From Lama guanicoe (lineage: Eukaryota), in NCBI GenBank assembly GCA_013239625.1, contig MU054391.1, positions 3,129,130 through 3,193,129 of the forward strand: a DNA stretch of 64,000 nucleotides. The letters are read 5' to 3'. The notes beneath the pieces are model-generated. The model saw only the letters and a program-made list of their open reading frames with translations. It did no database searches and had not been told where the DNA came from. Of this stretch, positions 61,528 through 64,000 are shown in pieces; position 1 is the first letter of the stretch, and each line of letters begins with the position of its first letter. The position numbers and the translations under genes were made by a program.

Positions 61528-61766
61528 TGGGAAGGGACAGACTGGGATTTCAAAAAGTAGAATAGATAAGCAAGATTGTACTGTGTAGCACAGGGAAATA
61601 TATACAGGATCTCGTGGTGGCTCACAGTGGAAGAGAATGTGACAACGAATGTATGTATGTTCATGTATAATTGAAAAATTGTCCTCTACACTGGAATTTG
61701 ACGTGACATTGTAAAATGACTATATCTCAATAAAAATCTTTTAAAAAATAAAATAAATAAAATAAA
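61528..61766 (+). mobile_element. Young camelid-type L1 3' end with TSD
   Basis: tgggaagggacagactgggatttcaaaaagtagaatagataagcaagattgtactgtgtagcacagggaaatatatac...ctctacactggaatttgac...ctcaataaaaa plus tail. 10-bp TSD taaaaacaag at 61518 and 61767. Confidence 0.9.
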
Positions 61767-61769
61767 TAA

Positions 61770-61945
61770 AAACAAGGACCTACTGTGCAGCACATGGAAC
61801 TATATTCAGTGTCTTGTGGTGACCTGTGATGGAAAGGAATCTGAAAAAGAGTAGATATACATGTGTGTGTGTAACTGAATCACTTTGCTGTGCACCTGAA
61901 ACTACCGCACTGTAAATCAATTATAATTTAACAAAAAGAAAATTA
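61770..61945 (+). mobile_element. Older artiodactyl-type L1 3' end (interrupted by the element above)
   Basis: aacaaggacctactgtgcagcacatggaactatattcagt...gtaactgaatcactttgctgtgcacctgaaact...gtaaatcaattata plus A-tail. Confidence 0.85.
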
Positions 61946-62975
61946 GCGTTCCAGAGCAACAAAAGGCTTAATTGTTAAAAGCATGAGGACTGTAACGTTG
62001 TATTAAAAGAGGACTCAGTTAGAAAAAAGAGAGAGAATAAATGAGTGCAATGTGAGCAAGGAGGATGTGCTTCTGATAAATGCTGGGGTTAGGAAACCAG
62101 CTGTCTCCCGCGCAGGGCTCCGTGGAGAGGGGGCTGCTTAGAGGAGACACGGGGCTGAGTTGGGGCAAAGGGGTGGACGTCACCTTCCTGGAAGAGTGTA
62201 ATGATACGGGGGACTTTCTGGTTATCAGTTAGAAGCTGTCGTTTCCCAGGACGTAGCAACAGGCATAGGCGGTGCGGCTTGACCCAAGGCAGGGAAATAG
62301 AGCAATGATGAAGAGATGGTGTGGTGGAGGACCAATGCTCAGATGGCAGGCACATATGTATACATACCATTATTTTAAGTATTTTTATATAATCAAATCT
62401 GTTAACTACTGTATTATCTTTGCCATTTTTGTGAATGTGCAACTATTTTTGCAAATACATTTTATTTTTAAATTATTTAAAAAATAAAAGAACTGTTGAG
62501 TATGAAAGCTAACTGAGAGAGGACATTGACACAAACGTCACACCGGTCACTGATCCAAGTGCCCTCCGCACCTCAGCAACCTTTTAATAAAATGCATTTT
62601 CTCATGGAATATTCATAATAGCAGTCAGCATCTTTCCTGAGAACCTCAACAGATGTGTCTCACCGGGGAGCATCTGAGGCCTTCTGGAGCCTGCAGAAAT
62701 TCTCATATGTATTGATGGCAATGGGAATTCAAATGAACAGAGTGTAAAGTAGCAGATGTGTCAGGATGGATTTGAGCAGACTCCAAGTTCTGGAAGACAT
62801 TCCAACTGACAGCCTTCCATATTGTGCAAGGTTCGCTCCCAGTGTCTCCTTCTCCTGAGAAGTTACAGGACAGTAGGAGGCACGAACAAAGACATTCTCA
62901 CCTGCTTCCACACAGACGTCTTTAGTCCATTTTTTTTACCACCCACGTGTCTTGGGTTGTGGAGCCCGCTGGCCC

Positions 62976-63000
62976 CTCTCTCTGTCTCTGTCTGTCTCTG

Positions 63001-63031
<31 letters not shown>

Positions 63032-63034
63032 GTC
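62976..63034. repeat. (TCTCTG/TCTG/TC)n microsatellite
   Basis: ctctctctgtctctgtctgtctctgtctgtctctgtctctgtctctctctctctctgtc. Confidence 0.9.
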
Positions 63035-64000
63035 CTTAACATCACTGAGTCCCACACCACAAAACAGCAGGCAGCCTGGGTCAGGCGCCTGGTACCCACT
63101 CAGACCAAGAATGTCAAGAAGCCATACAGTTAGATTACAGAATTGCAGAAACAAGTCTAAATTCAGGAATCCCTAACTACTTCACTTTTCATCTCCAGCA
63201 TTAAGTCTGCCAGAATGGTCTGGCAAACCCAAAGCTCCGCTGGTATGACTAACACTTTCCAAGGATGACTCTCCATCTCTAGGAAAACCACTTAACTTGA
63301 CTACAAAGATTTGTTCTAAAATCCTGAAAAGTCCCAACAAGTTAAGGACACCGAAAAAGTTTAATGCGTTTTGAAGTTGATTTTCTGGTACTAAATTAAT
63401 CTGAATAATGCATGTGTGTGTGTTATTCACACTCGCGTTCACAGAGTTTTCATGTATTCACACGTGTGATCCTCACCACGGGGCCAAAGGGCCACAACGC
63501 GGGATCAGCATGACCTCCCCTCTGTCAGTTCTGGGTACCAGAGACCCTGGACTTTCCTGCCTCTCTGCCCTGAGTCTCCACAAGGCCCTGAAGATGTGCG
63601 GAATTCTCTTTTCTGGCCTCAGTGACACGTTGTGCTGTCATTTTGCAGACCCAGGTCTGGGGAGCCAGTAAGGGGAGGTGGTGCGCTTGGCACAGCCCCG
63701 GGGGCTGGAGCCCCCCCACAAAGGTGCCACCATAAGGGGGGGACCTGGGCTGGGGAGAGAAGAGGGGCTGCAGCCTCCATTTCTGCTCTCAGGAGAAGTG
63801 ATACTTTCATCGAAAGGTCCTCCTTCAATTAGAGTAAAACATAAAAGGAAAGGCCCAAGTAGAAAGGGGATGTGGATGTGGCTGATGATCAGACACACAT
63901 TCAGAAGGCCGTGGCCGTTGCTGAGGCCATTGATAAAGTCAGATCCGGCAAGCTACGGGTGCGTGTGGGTGGCTGGAGGAGCCCAGGTTAGCTGGCATCT

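Noticed and set aside
63458..63469. 12-bp perfect palindrome tcacacgtgtga (similar acacacgtgtgt near 38325)
   Set aside because: Short, built from CA/TG dinucleotides, and expected by chance in 64 kb.
1..64000. CRISPR arrays, operons, retron/defence-type or viral gene systems, CTCF sites
   Set aside because: No regularly spaced repeat-spacer structure, no long ORFs and no ERV internal genes seen; CTCF-like motifs matched only half the consensus.

Overview
Mammalian non-coding genomic DNA, almost certainly camelid (camel/alpaca/llama). It carries seven tRNA-Ala-derived SINEs of the camelid Vic-1 type and artiodactyl/camelid-type L1 3' ends on a background of old eutherian repeats (MIR, L2, MLT1, LTR16, MER21, MER20, MER47/Tigger5, L1MC). 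I could not support any protein-coding gene; the only ORFs with recognisable homology are decayed L1 ORF2 remnants at ~52.7-53.2 kb. The window looks like a gene desert or a very large intron with regulatory character: a near full-length MER121 element, a ~7 kb stretch with no recognisable transposons but with homeodomain-site clusters and a near-perfect 30-bp palindrome, an orphan CpG island at ~4.4-5.0 kb, and many short CpG-rich patches. There is no CRISPR array, operon or prokaryote-like system, and I found no evidence for a new multi-gene system. Repeat family names come from my recollection of consensus sequences, not from a database search. Boundaries are approximate unless target-site duplications (TSDs) are given.
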